From assembly GCA_965261795.1 (NCBI GenBank), contig OZ253476.1:2002099-2066098 (forward strand): a DNA stretch of 64,000 bases, written 5' to 3'. Positions within the stretch are counted from its first letter, which is position 1. The number at the start of each line of letters is the position of its first letter. The DNA comes from Dehalococcoidia bacterium. Its GTDB lineage: Bacteria > Chloroflexota > Dehalococcoidia > Lucifugimonadales > UBA3495. The notes under the pieces were generated by a model. It saw nothing but the letters and a program-made list of their open reading frames with translations, ran no database searches and was not told the DNA's origin. Shown here in pieces: positions 8,023-17,427 of the stretch. A program made the translations under genes and the position numbers.

Positions 8023-8757
8023 GCCCTTCAGGTGCTTCTCGTAGAAGAGGAGGACGCGGCGCCACATGTCCTGGGCGGGGGCGGCGCGGTAGCTGGGGCG
8101 GTAGTCGGCGAAGAAGGCATGGCCCGCGTTGGGATAAGTTACGAACTCGTAGTCCTTGTTGTGGGCATCAAGTTCCTGCTTCAGGCGGGCGGCGTGTTCC
8201 GGTGACGGGTTGGGGTCTTCCTCTCCGAACAAGGCCAGCAGCGGGCAGTTGAGGTTGGCGACCATGTCGATGGCGCCCAGCGGCCTGGCCTCGGTCACTT
8301 CGTCGGGGATGATGTGGCCGCCGGCGGAGTCCACCGCCGCGTTCACGTTGCTGCTGGTGCAACCGAACATGAGGGTGTAGCGGCCGCCGGAGCAGAAGCC
8401 GATGATGCCGACTTTGCCGTTGGCGTGGGCATGGCTCTTGAGGAAGAGGGCCGCTCCCTCCAGATCGCCCATTGTCTGGGAGTCGGGAACGGAAAACAGG
8501 ACTTCAAGGACCCTGTCAGGGGCTGGCCTGCCCTCCCGGGTGTAGAGGTCGGGAGCGATGGCGATGTAGCCCTGCTCGGCAAAGCGCCGGCAGAGATCCT
8601 TCATGTGGTCTTCCAGTCCCATACCTTCCATGGTGACAATCACGCCGGGGTATTGGCCGGAGGCGCTGGGCTGGCTCAGGTAGGCGTCGATTTGAGTACC
8701 GTCGTGGCTGGCGTACCGAGTCATTCCTGATTCCAGTTGCGCCGATGCGGTGACCAT
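8020..8757 (-). CDS. dienelactone hydrolase family protein
   Basis: YPGVIVTMEGMGLEDHMKDLCRRFAEQGYIAIAPDLY, nucleophile elbow GFCSGG, C-terminal YPNAGHAFF. GGGAGG lies 9 nt upstream of ATG 8757. Confidence 0.85.
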   Translation of the reverse strand: MVTASAQLESGMTRYASHDGTQIDAYLSQPSASGQYPGVIVTMEGMGLEDHMKDLCRRFAEQGYIAIAPDLYTREGRPAPDRVLEVLFSVPDSQTMGDLEGAALFLKSHAHANGKVGIIGFCSGGRYTLMFGCTSSNVNAAVDSAGGHIIPDEVTEARPLGAIDMVANLNCPLLALFGEEDPNPSPEHAARLKQELDAHNKDYEFVTYPNAGHAFFADYRPSYRAAPAQDMWRRVLLFYEKHLKG

Positions 8758-8798
8758 ATTCTTATACCTCCCGGTTTTGGTTGGCCGATGTAGTCCGG

Positions 8799-9776
8799 TC
8801 AGGTTGAAATGTCGATTGTTACATTCCCGATTGCGCCGCCTTCCACGGCGCGATGGGCGTCGGCGGTTGATTCGAAGGGGAAGCGCGGGCCCAGAAGGTG
8901 GGTGAGCTTTCCGGCCTCCAGCAGTTCGTTGATGTCCTTGACGGCAGCGTCCTTGGCGGTTTCGGGCATGTCGTAAACCAAGACGAAGCGGACGTTGACG
9001 TTGCTGGACTTGAAGCCCAAGGGCACCGGCGGCTGGGCGGCGGTCCCGGCGGCGTAGATGGCGAGAGTGCTGTTGGGGGCGAGAATCTCGCGGCTGACGT
9101 TGAAGTTGGCGGCAAAGTCAACCTCGACGATGAGGTCCACCCCTGCCCCGCCGGTGATTTCCGATACCCGTTGCACTACGTCTCCGGTGCGGTAGTTGAC
9201 GGTGTGGTCGGCGCCGGCTTCTACGGCGATCCGGGCTTTCTGATCGGAGCTAACGGTGGAGATGACGTTGGCCCCGGCCAATTTGGCCAGTTGGACGGCG
9301 TAGTTGCCAACCGCCCCCGCGCCTCCGGTGACCAACACGGTCTTTCCGTCTACAGGGCCGTCGGCGAAGACGCAGCGATGAGCGGTCATCGCGGGAACGC
9401 CAAGGCAAGCCCCCTCGGTGAAGGCGGTATTGTTGGGCAAAAGGACGGCGTGCCCGGCCGGTTGGACGGTGTACTCCGCCGCAGAGCCAAAGGGCCGGTT
9501 GTTCTGGGCTTCGAAGAGCCAGACGCGTTCGCCCATCCGCGACGCTTGGACGCCTTCTCCCACTTGCTCGATGATTCCCGCGCCGTCCTGGTTGGGTATG
9601 ACCCTGGGAAAGTCGATGCGCCTGGTCAGTCCTTGGCGTCGTTTCCAGTCAGAAGGATTGACGCCGGAGGAGATGACCCGCACCTTTACTTCACCAGAAC
9701 CCGGCTCCGGGTCGGCCATTTCGCCCACTTGCAGGACGTCTGCGGGGCCGTTTTGCTCATACCATACTGCTTTCAT
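8799..9776 (-). CDS. NADPH:quinone oxidoreductase / zinc-type alcohol dehydrogenase family (MDR)
   Basis: MKAVWYEQNGPADVLQVGEMADPEPGSGEVKVRVISSGVNPSDWKRRQG and Rossmann VLVTGGAGAVGNYAVQLAK. Confidence 0.85.
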   Translation of the reverse strand: MKAVWYEQNGPADVLQVGEMADPEPGSGEVKVRVISSGVNPSDWKRRQGLTRRIDFPRVIPNQDGAGIIEQVGEGVQASRMGERVWLFEAQNNRPFGSAAEYTVQPAGHAVLLPNNTAFTEGACLGVPAMTAHRCVFADGPVDGKTVLVTGGAGAVGNYAVQLAKLAGANVISTVSSDQKARIAVEAGADHTVNYRTGDVVQRVSEITGGAGVDLIVEVDFAANFNVSREILAPNSTLAIYAAGTAAQPPVPLGFKSSNVNVRFVLVYDMPETAKDAAVKDINELLEAGKLTHLLGPRFPFESTADAHRAVEGGAIGNVTIDIST

Positions 9777-9830
9777 GCTAAGTCCGTCCGTGATTGATAG
9801 TGAAGACTATTATGGCTGCCCTAAGGGTTT

Positions 9831-10160
9831 TAGATTCCCGCCTGCGCGGGAATGACGTTCCTGTGCATGGGCGAGGTTGTTGCGCGCGGGCGAGGTTGTT
9901 GCGCGCGGGGGACGTTCCTGTGCGCGGGCGACGTTTCGCATCGAGGTGGCCAACGCGGTGCTGTTCCTGAGACGTTCCTGTGCGCGGGGGACGTTCCTGT
10001 GCGCGGGCGACGTTTCGCATCGAGGTGGCCAACGCGGTGCTGTTCCTGGGACGTTCCTGTGCGCGGGCGACGTTTCGCATCGAGGTGGCCAACGCGGTGC
10101 TGTTCCTGGGACGTTCCTGTGCATGGGCGACGTTCCTGCAATGGAATGACGGGTTGGCTG
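9831..10160. repeat. tandem-repeat array grown out of a TCCCGC hairpin core
   Basis: Core TAGATTCCCGCCTGCGCGGGAATGACG (9831-9857). Then 19-bp unit GCGAGGTTGTTGCGCGCGG x2 (9871-9908). Then a 60-bp unit x3 (9911-9970, 9990-10049, 10050-10109; the last two identical) interleaved with short GACGTTCCTGTGCGCGGG units. Ends GGAATGACGGGTTGG, like the element core. Confidence 0.9.
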
Positions 10161-10309
10161 AAGGTTATTGATGCCCTCTGGGATGGGGCTGCTCCCGGAA
10201 CAGGCTGCGGGCGCGCAACACTGGAGCGTCGGTGAAGCTGAACAACACCGCCGGCTCGGAGGCGGAAGGTCTAAGCATGTCGCACCCGTTTAGCCCGATA
10301 GATTAGAGC

Positions 10310-10442
10310 CTATCTCAAAACAAATCAGCCTTGCTGATTTCCGAACACCGCTGACCGAGGCCCATAGATTCCCGCCTTCGCAGGAATGATAGGTTGGGTG
10401 CTGTACCGTGTTTGCTGGGTGCTACGACAAGTTTTGAGATAG
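10310..10442. mobile_element. MITE-like non-autonomous element, 133 bp, 12-bp perfect terminal inverted repeats
   Basis: CTATCTCAAAAC (10310-10321) and GTTTTGAGATAG (10431-10442). Two internal hairpins, AATCAGCC-TTG-CTGATT and ATTCCCGCCTTCGCAGGAAT. Homologous copies at 26421-26551 and 26556-26670. Confidence 0.6.
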
Positions 10443-10446
10443 TTTC

Positions 10447-11444
10447 TTAGTCTTGCACCAACTCTCGAACGGCTTCCGTAAAGGCGGGCACTATTTCCTT
10501 CCAATCGCCGACCACGCCATAGCGGGCCTCTTTGAAGATGTTGGCCTCGGCGTCTTTGTTGATGGCGACGATTACCTTTGCGCCGGAGCAGCCGGCCATG
10601 TGCTGGCTGGCCCCGGAGATGGCTACGGTGATGTACACCTCAGGGGTGATGGTCTTGCCGGTCAGTCCGACTTGGTAGCTGGAAGGCACCCAGCCGGAGT
10701 CCACCGCTGCCCGAGAAGCGCCCACCGCGCCGCCCAGCGCCTTGGCCAGTTGCTCCAAGTCCTGGAACGGTTCAGGGCCGCCCAGCCCCCGGCCTCCCGA
10801 GACCACGATGCGGGCTTCCTCCAGTTTTATCCCTTCCGACTCTTCGGTCACCACGTCAACCACTCTGCTACGGGCTTGGGCCAAGTCCAGTTCCACCGGG
10901 AAGGAGACGACCTGGCCTTGGCGGGAGGCGTCGGGTTCCAGCGGTTCGTAGACTTTGGGGCGGATCGCGGCGACCTGCGGGGTGTAGTTGCAGCTAACCA
11001 CGGCGACGGCGTTGCCGCCGTACACCGGCCGGTTGGCGAACAGGGTCTTGGATGCCGAGTCCACCGACACTTCAAGGCAGTCCTGCGCCAGGCCTACGCC
11101 CAAGCGGAAGGCCAAGCGGGGCGCCAGTTCACGCCCTTGGTTGGTGCGCCCGATGAGGACAACCCTTGGAGAAATGTCCTTGGCCAAGGCTTCCATGGCG
11201 GAGAGGTACAGCTCGACTTGGTACTCGGCCAGGTTGGGATGGTTAACGGCGTAGACCTTGTCCGCACCGTGGCTTATGGCTTGCTGGAAGGCTGGTTAAG
11301 CGTGTCGCCCAAAAGGCCGATGGCCAGTTCTTCGCCGAGGTCGTCGGCCAGTTTACGGCCCGCAGCCAGCAACTCCTTGGAAATGGAGCTAAGTTCATTG
11401 TCGGCGGAGTCTCCCAGAACCAGTACGCCTTGTGCCTCAGCCAT
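10447..11444 (-). CDS. etfA: electron transfer flavoprotein subunit alpha, reading frame interrupted by an apparent 1-nt frameshift near 11277-11295
   Basis: ATG 11444 (GGAGGT 4 nt upstream) gives [52 protein letters not shown], then TAA at 11276-11274. The remainder ([23 protein letters not shown]...FAD-binding C-terminus) continues in another frame, which is closed upstream by TAA at 11298-11296. Confidence 0.75.
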
Positions 11445-11472
11445 CGTACCTCCGTTGAACGATGCAAGTAAT

Positions 11473-12273
11473 TCAGATGAGCTTGGCCTCTCTAAGTTTC
11501 AAGGCCAATTGCCTGCCGGCATCGGCGGCGTCCTCGCCCTCGATGATTTCACACTGCTGGTCCCGCACGGGCACAAACAGGTCCTGGAGAGTGACCCGCG
11601 GTTGGAGTTGGGCTGTGTCTATTTCGAGATCGGCGGAACTCCAGATGATCGGCCTCTTCCTGGTGGCAGCCATGATGCCACGCAGCGTCGGGTAACGCGG
11701 CTGTCCAAGCTCGTTGCTGACGGTAACCAAGGCCGGCAGGGGAGCTTCGATCACTTCGTAACCGTCGGGCGTGATGCGCTCCACGGTTACATGGCCGTCC
11801 TTTACCTCAACCTTTTTGCCCAGCGATACGCAGGACAACCCCAGAATTTCTGCCACGCCCAATGGCACTTGGGCGTTATCCCAGTCGGACGCTTGACGCC
11901 CGCAAATAATCAGGTCGAACCCGCCAAGTTTCCGTATCGCCGCGGCAAGAAGTTGGGCGGTGAAGAAGCTGTCGATGGAATTCTTGAAGGCGTCGTCCTG
12001 TAGCAACACCAGCTCGTCGGCCCCCATGGACAGCGGCTTCTTCATTACATCCAGCGCGAAGGATGTGCCCGTAGATATTACGGTGATAGCGGCCTCTTGG
12101 GAGTCCTTAATCTGGAGGGCGGCTTCCACGGCGTTTTCGTCGAAGCCGTTGACTACCGGGGGAATGCTGGGGGGCGGCACGACCGCTTTGGCGTTGGCGT
12201 CTATGCGAAACGCGGCCATGGGCATTTCAGGGTCCACGACCTGTTTGGCCAGCACGGCGATGTTCACCGGCAT
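11473..12273 (-). CDS. etfB: electron transfer flavoprotein subunit beta
   Basis: MPVNIAVLAKQVVDPEMP... is typical of EtfB. Immediately upstream of etfA on the same strand. Confidence 0.9.
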   Translation of the reverse strand: MPVNIAVLAKQVVDPEMPMAAFRIDANAKAVVPPPSIPPVVNGFDENAVEAALQIKDSQEAAITVISTGTSFALDVMKKPLSMGADELVLLQDDAFKNSIDSFFTAQLLAAAIRKLGGFDLIICGRQASDWDNAQVPLGVAEILGLSCVSLGKKVEVKDGHVTVERITPDGYEVIEAPLPALVTVSNELGQPRYPTLRGIMAATRKRPIIWSSADLEIDTAQLQPRVTLQDLFVPVRDQQCEIIEGEDAADAGRQLALKLREAKLI

Positions 12274-12389
12274 AGCTGATACTCCCTTAGATATGAGGCT
12301 GCGGGAAACATATCACCAGCCGTTGTCAGGTGTCAATTGAGCGATGCTTCCGTTACAAGTCCTAGTCGCGGTGCTGGTGGTATGATGGG

Positions 12390-12647
12390 ATGGTGAACAG
12401 GAGGCACCGGCAGACTCTGGAGAGGATTTTCACACGACCTACACCTGCGAACATTCGGTGGGCAGACATTGAATCTTTGCTCCGATCGCTGGGAGTGGAA
12501 ATATCGGAAGGGTCGGGTTTCCGGGTGCGCCTCATGATAGGCTCCGCGGCCTTGGTAGTCCATCGGCCACATCCAAGTCCGGAAACTGGTAGGCGGACAG
12601 TACGTGATATAGCAATGTTTCTTACTTCTATTGGAGTTGAGCCATAA
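12390..12647 (+). CDS. hicA: type II toxin-antitoxin system HicA family toxin
   Basis: RQTLERIFTRPTPANIRWADIESLLRSLGVEISEGSGFRVRL...VHRPHP matches the HicA pattern. Confidence 0.8.
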   Translation: MVNRRHRQTLERIFTRPTPANIRWADIESLLRSLGVEISEGSGFRVRLMIGSAALVVHRPHPSPETGRRTVRDIAMFLTSIGVEP

Positions 12648-13015
12648 TGCAATACAAGGGATATCTTGCCGCAATCGAGTACGATGAATCCGTTGAGCTC
12701 TTTCATGGCAGGGTGATAAACGCCGGCGACTATCCCATCGCAACATTTGAAGCTTCCGACGTAGAGGGGTTGAAGAGGGAGTTTCGGATATCCATCGAGG
12801 ACTACTTGGCTTTTTGTGAGGAAAAGGGGTTGGAATCTGAGAAGCCTTACTCGGGTACGGTCTCCGTTGACTTTGGACCAACCCTTCATCGAAGGGCCAC
12901 CCTCGTGTCCATAGAGGACGGTATGAGTCTGAACGATTGGATCAAGAGAGCCATAGAAGAGAAGATATCCGGGAAGGCTGCAAAGCACCTACAAAGCAGG
13001 GCGACCGTGTGTTAA
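12647..13015 (+). CDS. hicB: type II toxin-antitoxin system HicB family antitoxin
   Basis: MQYKGYLAAIEYDESVELFHGRVIN...IEDYLAFCEEKG...HRRATLVSIEDGMSLNDWIKRAIEEKI (HicB fold plus RHH-like tail). TAATG overlap with hicA. Confidence 0.8.
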   Translation: MQYKGYLAAIEYDESVELFHGRVINAGDYPIATFEASDVEGLKREFRISIEDYLAFCEEKGLESEKPYSGTVSVDFGPTLHRRATLVSIEDGMSLNDWIKRAIEEKISGKAAKHLQSRATVC

Positions 13016-13053
13016 CACTCTGAAGGGGAAGCTGCCAGCGGCAGGATGAGGAC

Positions 13054-13911
13054 ATGAACACCGTCAAGACTTTCTTCTTGCTTATGGTAATGACCGGCCT
13101 GCTGTTGATGGTGGGCGGGCTGTTGGGAGGAGAGGGCGGCCTGATCATCGCACTGTTCTTTGCGCTGATGATGAACTTTGGGGCGTATTGGTTCAGTGAC
13201 CGCATAGCCTTGAGGATGGCCCACGCCCATCCCGTAACGGAGGAAGAGGACCCTGACCTCTACCGAATCGTGGCGGAGCAAGCCCAATTGGCCGGTCTGC
13301 CAATGCCCAGGGTCTACGAAATCGAAAGCGACTCGCCCAACGCCTTTGCCACCGGACGCAGTCCCAAACATGCGACTGTCGCCGTTACCACGGGCATCCG
13401 GCACATGCTGGACCGGCGTGAGTTGAGGGCGGTGCTGGCCCACGAAATGGCCCACGTTGGCAACAGGGACACCCTCATTATGGCCGTGGTGGCGACCATC
13501 ACCGGCGCTATATCCATGCTGGCTATAATTGCCCAGCTATCGGCGATTTTCGGGGGCTTCGGCGGCGACCGGGACGGCGAGGACCACGGCGGGGGGATGA
13601 TAAGTCTGCTGGTGGCCGCTATCGTGATGCCGATAGCGGCGGCTTTGGTCCAAGCCGCAATATCCAGGACGCGGGAATTTCAGGCGGATGCCACCGGCGC
13701 TCGCACCTCCGGCGATGCTTACGCCCTGGCCGGCGCGCTGGAGAAGCTAGAGATTGGCAGCCAGGTGCGGCCGATGCGGGCGGCTGAGGGCGCGTCACAC
13801 CTATTCATAGTCAATCCACTCAGCGGCCGCTCCTTGGCCAGTTTGTTCTCCACCCATCCGCCGATAGGCGAGCGGGTAAGGCGGCTGAGGGAGATGCGGT
13901 CCAGCTTTTAG
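13054..13911 (+). CDS. htpX: zinc metalloprotease HtpX (M48)
   Basis: Two N-terminal TM segments, HEMAHV zinc motif, C-terminal STHPPIGERV. Confidence 0.9.
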   Translation: MNTVKTFFLLMVMTGLLLMVGGLLGGEGGLIIALFFALMMNFGAYWFSDRIALRMAHAHPVTEEEDPDLYRIVAEQAQLAGLPMPRVYEIESDSPNAFATGRSPKHATVAVTTGIRHMLDRRELRAVLAHEMAHVGNRDTLIMAVVATITGAISMLAIIAQLSAIFGGFGGDRDGEDHGGGMISLLVAAIVMPIAAALVQAAISRTREFQADATGARTSGDAYALAGALEKLEIGSQVRPMRAAEGASHLFIVNPLSGRSLASLFSTHPPIGERVRRLREMRSSF

Positions 13912-13923
13912 CGGGCCGTTTAG

Positions 13924-15273
13924 ATGTCCTTTCTTTTTCGTTGGATCGTCCGACCACTGTTGACCTTCATCCTGGGGCTGGTGGTGTTCGTGGCAGTGGG
14001 CATATTGACGGCCGACAGCTTGATGTCCAACAAGCTGTTGAACGCCGACTTTTATACGGAGATTATCTCGCAGCAGGATACCTACAACCGCATTTACGAC
14101 GAGGTGCTGCTGGAGGACGATGTCAGGCGGGCTTCAGGCGAACTTTTTCCCGCCGAGCTGGTGAGTCACGAAGACCTTGTCGGCATTCTCCGGAGTGTCG
14201 TGCCGCCCGAATACCTGCGAGGGCAGGTGGAAAGGGTGATAGATTCCATCATAGAGTATCTGCGGGAGGACGGGGGCGGCCCGGAAACGGACAATACGGG
14301 GCAACTTCAAATATATGTGGAATTGGGGCCCGCGCTGGCAAGGGTGAAACCGGTTACTATTGATTACGTGCGGGAACGGATCGACCGGGTACCGGAAGCT
14401 CCCCCGGAGAACCCCGAGTGCACTCCGGGCCGGGTAAGGCAAATCGGTGAACGGTATTCGGATTTACACGACGAAATCATGGCGGGAAGAACTCCTGCAT
14501 CAATTCCGTCCATCAAGGTCCTGCCCGAGCCATGCCGCGCCCTTATTTCCGACGCGATTTTCGAGGCTTTGGAAATAGAGGGGTTCCTTGGAAGCGACTC
14601 TATTCTCGGCCAACGGAGTTTGGACGTCCGGGTCGTGGGGGGATTGCGGGAGCTGCGGGAGGAACTTCGGCGCGACATAGTAGCGGGCGATGCCAAGGGC
14701 GCCCTGAAATCCGCAGTTCCCGCATTGTTGTCGCCCACCCTGGACGACAACATCGAGCGGGTTCGCGCCGAATTACTGGATGCCGACGACCGCTTGGAAC
14801 TTATAGGCGCTACCGGGGAGCCCGCCGCCACCGAGATCAGGGCTGACGCGGAGGAGTTCCGAAAGGAGCTCACTAGAGGAAGAAAACTCACCCGGCCTTG
14901 GGGGATAGGGCTACTGGTGGGTGGAGCGTTGCTGCTGCTGTTGGTTCACCTGACGAACCTGGGCCGGGGGCTGCGCCGCGTGGGGGTGAGCCTGGTGATA
15001 GCCGGGCTGGTATATTTCGGCGTAGCGAAGCTACTGCAATCCATCATAGGTCAAGGCGCCGCTGGACTGCTGGACGAGATTACCAGCGGGCAACCCGACA
15101 TTCCCGAATCGCTCACGAGGTTGATTGAGGACATACTGGTCTCGTTGGCCCGTAACCTGGCCCAAGGAATGGACGACCTGGCGTTGCCTGTCCTGATAGC
15201 GGGCGCGGCGGTATTCGCAGCGTCTTTCTTCATCCCAATAGGTCGCCGGCTGCTTTCCAGGTCCGGGGAGTGA
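13924..15273 (+). CDS. hypothetical integral membrane protein
   Basis: N-terminal TM (LLTFILGLVVFVAVGILTA), a long soluble middle part, and C-terminal hydrophobic segments. No recognisable family. Confidence 0.55.
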   Translation: MSFLFRWIVRPLLTFILGLVVFVAVGILTADSLMSNKLLNADFYTEIISQQDTYNRIYDEVLLEDDVRRASGELFPAELVSHEDLVGILRSVVPPEYLRGQVERVIDSIIEYLREDGGGPETDNTGQLQIYVELGPALARVKPVTIDYVRERIDRVPEAPPENPECTPGRVRQIGERYSDLHDEIMAGRTPASIPSIKVLPEPCRALISDAIFEALEIEGFLGSDSILGQRSLDVRVVGGLRELREELRRDIVAGDAKGALKSAVPALLSPTLDDNIERVRAELLDADDRLELIGATGEPAATEIRADAEEFRKELTRGRKLTRPWGIGLLVGGALLLLLVHLTNLGRGLRRVGVSLVIAGLVYFGVAKLLQSIIGQGAAGLLDEITSGQPDIPESLTRLIEDILVSLARNLAQGMDDLALPVLIAGAAVFAASFFIPIGRRLLSRSGE

Positions 15274-15294
15274 CGGGCCGGTGTCGCCGCCGCT

Positions 15295-16242
15295 TCAGAA
15301 CAACGCGATGGGATTCACGGGAGAACCGGTAACGTTCCTCAACTTCAACGGCCCCAGCGTTATCATGAATTCGTAGCGGTTGCGCTCCCGGCAGGCCACG
15401 CTCAGCTCTTCCAGGTTGGCGTTGTCGATGAACCACAACCCCAGCGTGACCAAGCACATGGTATGCAGGGGCGATCCAATGGTGGCGTAGTGGCTGGGGC
15501 GGACGTCGTTGGGGGTGTCGGTCCCCAGCATGGCTACACCACGTTCCTTGAACCATGGGGCGCAGGCGACTTGGCAGGCGGTGGCGGGATCATAGCTGCC
15601 GACCGGCCCAGTGTCCAACCGTTTGCGGTAGTTGCCCGTCCGCACCAACAGCAGGTCCCCCTCCTCCACACGGACGCCGTGGGCCTCCTCGGCGGCCTCC
15701 AGGTCGTCCGGCATGACCGGTTCGTTGGGAGGAACCCAATCGATACCCCGCAGCGTTGGAATGTCCAGCAGAATTCCCTTGGTAACGATGCCCTCCGACG
15801 CTGCCTCGATGGAGTGGGTCTGCGCTCCCTCGCGGGATGTGATCCGGTTGGCGGGCTGGCCGTTGTACAGCTTGCCTTGCCATGAATAGTGGGACAAAGC
15901 GTCTATATGGGTGATGGTCTGCCCGTGAAAGACCATGCCGATGTACTCGGCAGCGCCCCGGCGGGTCAAACGCCGTTCCGGAGGATCGGTGTCGCGGCCT
16001 TCCCCGCTGTCCACCATGTACCGTTGCACTTGGTAGGTAATGTCTGGGGCAGTTTCGGTAAGTATGGGGCGGGCGCAGCTTACCGCAACGCCGTCTTGAA
16101 CCAAAGCCGCCGCCTGCTTTCTTTTGGCCGGTGTAATCAGGTTCAAACAACCCTTCTGGTCGTCATCGCCCCAGCGGCCCCAGTTGCTAAGGCTGTCGAA
16201 CCACTCCAGCACTTGGGCTTCCGACGGTATTTCCGCAGCCAT
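15295..16242 (-). CDS. cyclase family protein (kynurenine formamidase-like)
   Basis: LSNWGRWGDDDQKGCLNLITP... is typical of the putative-cyclase family. AAGGAGG lies 5 nt upstream of ATG 16242. Confidence 0.8.
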   Translation of the reverse strand: MAAEIPSEAQVLEWFDSLSNWGRWGDDDQKGCLNLITPAKRKQAAALVQDGVAVSCARPILTETAPDITYQVQRYMVDSGEGRDTDPPERRLTRRGAAEYIGMVFHGQTITHIDALSHYSWQGKLYNGQPANRITSREGAQTHSIEAASEGIVTKGILLDIPTLRGIDWVPPNEPVMPDDLEAAEEAHGVRVEEGDLLLVRTGNYRKRLDTGPVGSYDPATACQVACAPWFKERGVAMLGTDTPNDVRPSHYATIGSPLHTMCLVTLGLWFIDNANLEELSVACRERNRYEFMITLGPLKLRNVTGSPVNPIALF

Positions 16243-16391
16243 CAGAGCCTCCTTATATCCTTAACGTAGGTATTCTTGACGGTAGGTACCCTTGGGCTGA
16301 CCGCGCTAATTGTTCGATGGCCTTTCCCCGCCCCGAGATTATTCAAGCCAGTGGCGAAACGCCGGTAACGGACAGGAGAATGGACCACCGG

Positions 16392-17150
16392 CTACTGGCC
16401 TCTCAGGCGCCGGAGTTGGGCTTCCGCTTCCCGGGCACGGGCTTCGGCGGCGTCACGCTCGGCTTCGGCGGTGAGGCGGGCTTGGCGTTCGGCAATACGC
16501 TCGTCGGCCTCCTCGTCGTGGGTGCGGAGGTAGCCTTGGGCTGCCGGGTCGTACCAGCGGAGGTGACCGTATTCCCAGCATAAGTACAGGCCCAAAACTG
16601 CGCTGTGGCCCCAATAGCGGGCATGGTTCACCTCGTCGACGGCGATGGGCACATAAACACCGTCAACCAGCCGGTCGCCGGCCAGCCCGGCCGGGTAGTA
16701 CTCCCCGCCGGTAGGGTCGAATCGCCAGTATTCCGGCACGCCATAGTTGGCGTAGCCTTCCCGCTTGGCGGTGTAGTCGTTACGTCCCGTGGTCTTGGAG
16801 GCGACTTCCAGCACGAAGTCGGGCGGCTTGCCCCGTTCGTCGATGGAGTAACCTTCTTGGGCGATGATGCCGCCCCGGTCTATATTGAAGGCGATGAGCA
16901 GGTCGGGTTTCAGCAGGCCCTCCCCTTGATTGTGTCGCCAGCCCAAGGGGATTTCGCCCAGGACGATGGTCGTGTCCGGGGAACCTAAGTGGCGGCGGAG
17001 GGCCGATGGATGGCCGGGATCGTAGAGGAAAATAGGGTTTTGCATATCGTCCCTGGGGGGCAATTCCGGGAAGATGTTATCCGGCGCGTCGGCGGGCGGC
17101 GGACGGAAGCCGTCTGTCCTGAGCTTGCCGAACGGGGGCTTGGTAGTCAT
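16392..17150 (-). CDS. Uma2 family endonuclease with Arg/Ala/Glu-rich coiled-coil tail
   Basis: PDFVLEVASKTTGRNDYTAKREGYANYGVPEYWRFDP is a Uma2/DUF820 core. Tail RIAERQARLTAEAERDAAEARAREAEAQLRRLRGQ. ATG 17150. Confidence 0.8.
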   Translation of the reverse strand: MTTKPPFGKLRTDGFRPPPADAPDNIFPELPPRDDMQNPIFLYDPGHPSALRRHLGSPDTTIVLGEIPLGWRHNQGEGLLKPDLLIAFNIDRGGIIAQEGYSIDERGKPPDFVLEVASKTTGRNDYTAKREGYANYGVPEYWRFDPTGGEYYPAGLAGDRLVDGVYVPIAVDEVNHARYWGHSAVLGLYLCWEYGHLRWYDPAAQGYLRTHDEEADERIAERQARLTAEAERDAAEARAREAEAQLRRLRGQ

Positions 17151-17246
17151 AGCGAAGCCTCGCGGAGCGGGATGGCGCTGTCCCGTATTATATGTCGGGG
17201 AACGGCCAATACCAAAGGGGGTTGAGAGAGACGGATAAATCGGGTG

Positions 17247-17275
17247 TTGAAGCGGAATGGCCGGTAAACTATAAT
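17247..17275 (+). promoter_or_regulatory. sigma-70-like promoter TTGAAG-N17-TATAAT
   Basis: -35 at 17247-17252, 17-nt spacer, consensus -10 at 17270-17275. About 150 nt upstream of the LLM gene. Confidence 0.45.
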
Positions 17276-17427
17276 GCGCCTGAACGTAATCCAAAGCCGC
17301 AATTGCGGCGGGACACCGAAATCGGGCGTCCGGTTGGCCGAGAGGCACAGCGGCTGCGGAGCAACACTGCACCGGCGACCATCAGAGACCCCGATTGTAG
17401 CGGCAGTACAGTAAGGAGGAGTGGTCT

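Noticed and set aside
9778-10235. Possible CRISPR array, and five overlapping 90-127-aa ORFs on both strands
   Set aside because: The repeats are contiguous (19-bp and 60-bp units abut one another), with no unique spacers and no cas genes nearby. The ORFs are a by-product of the repeat periodicity and have repetitive, compositionally implausible translations.
10453-12003. 516-aa plus-strand ORF
   Set aside because: It is antisense to the clearly recognisable etfA/etfB genes. It is a typical GC-rich shadow ORF with no motifs.
12390-13015. HicA/HicB pair as a candidate novel system
   Set aside because: Both proteins match canonical HicAB patterns and have the usual overlapping arrangement. 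This is an ordinary type II TA module.
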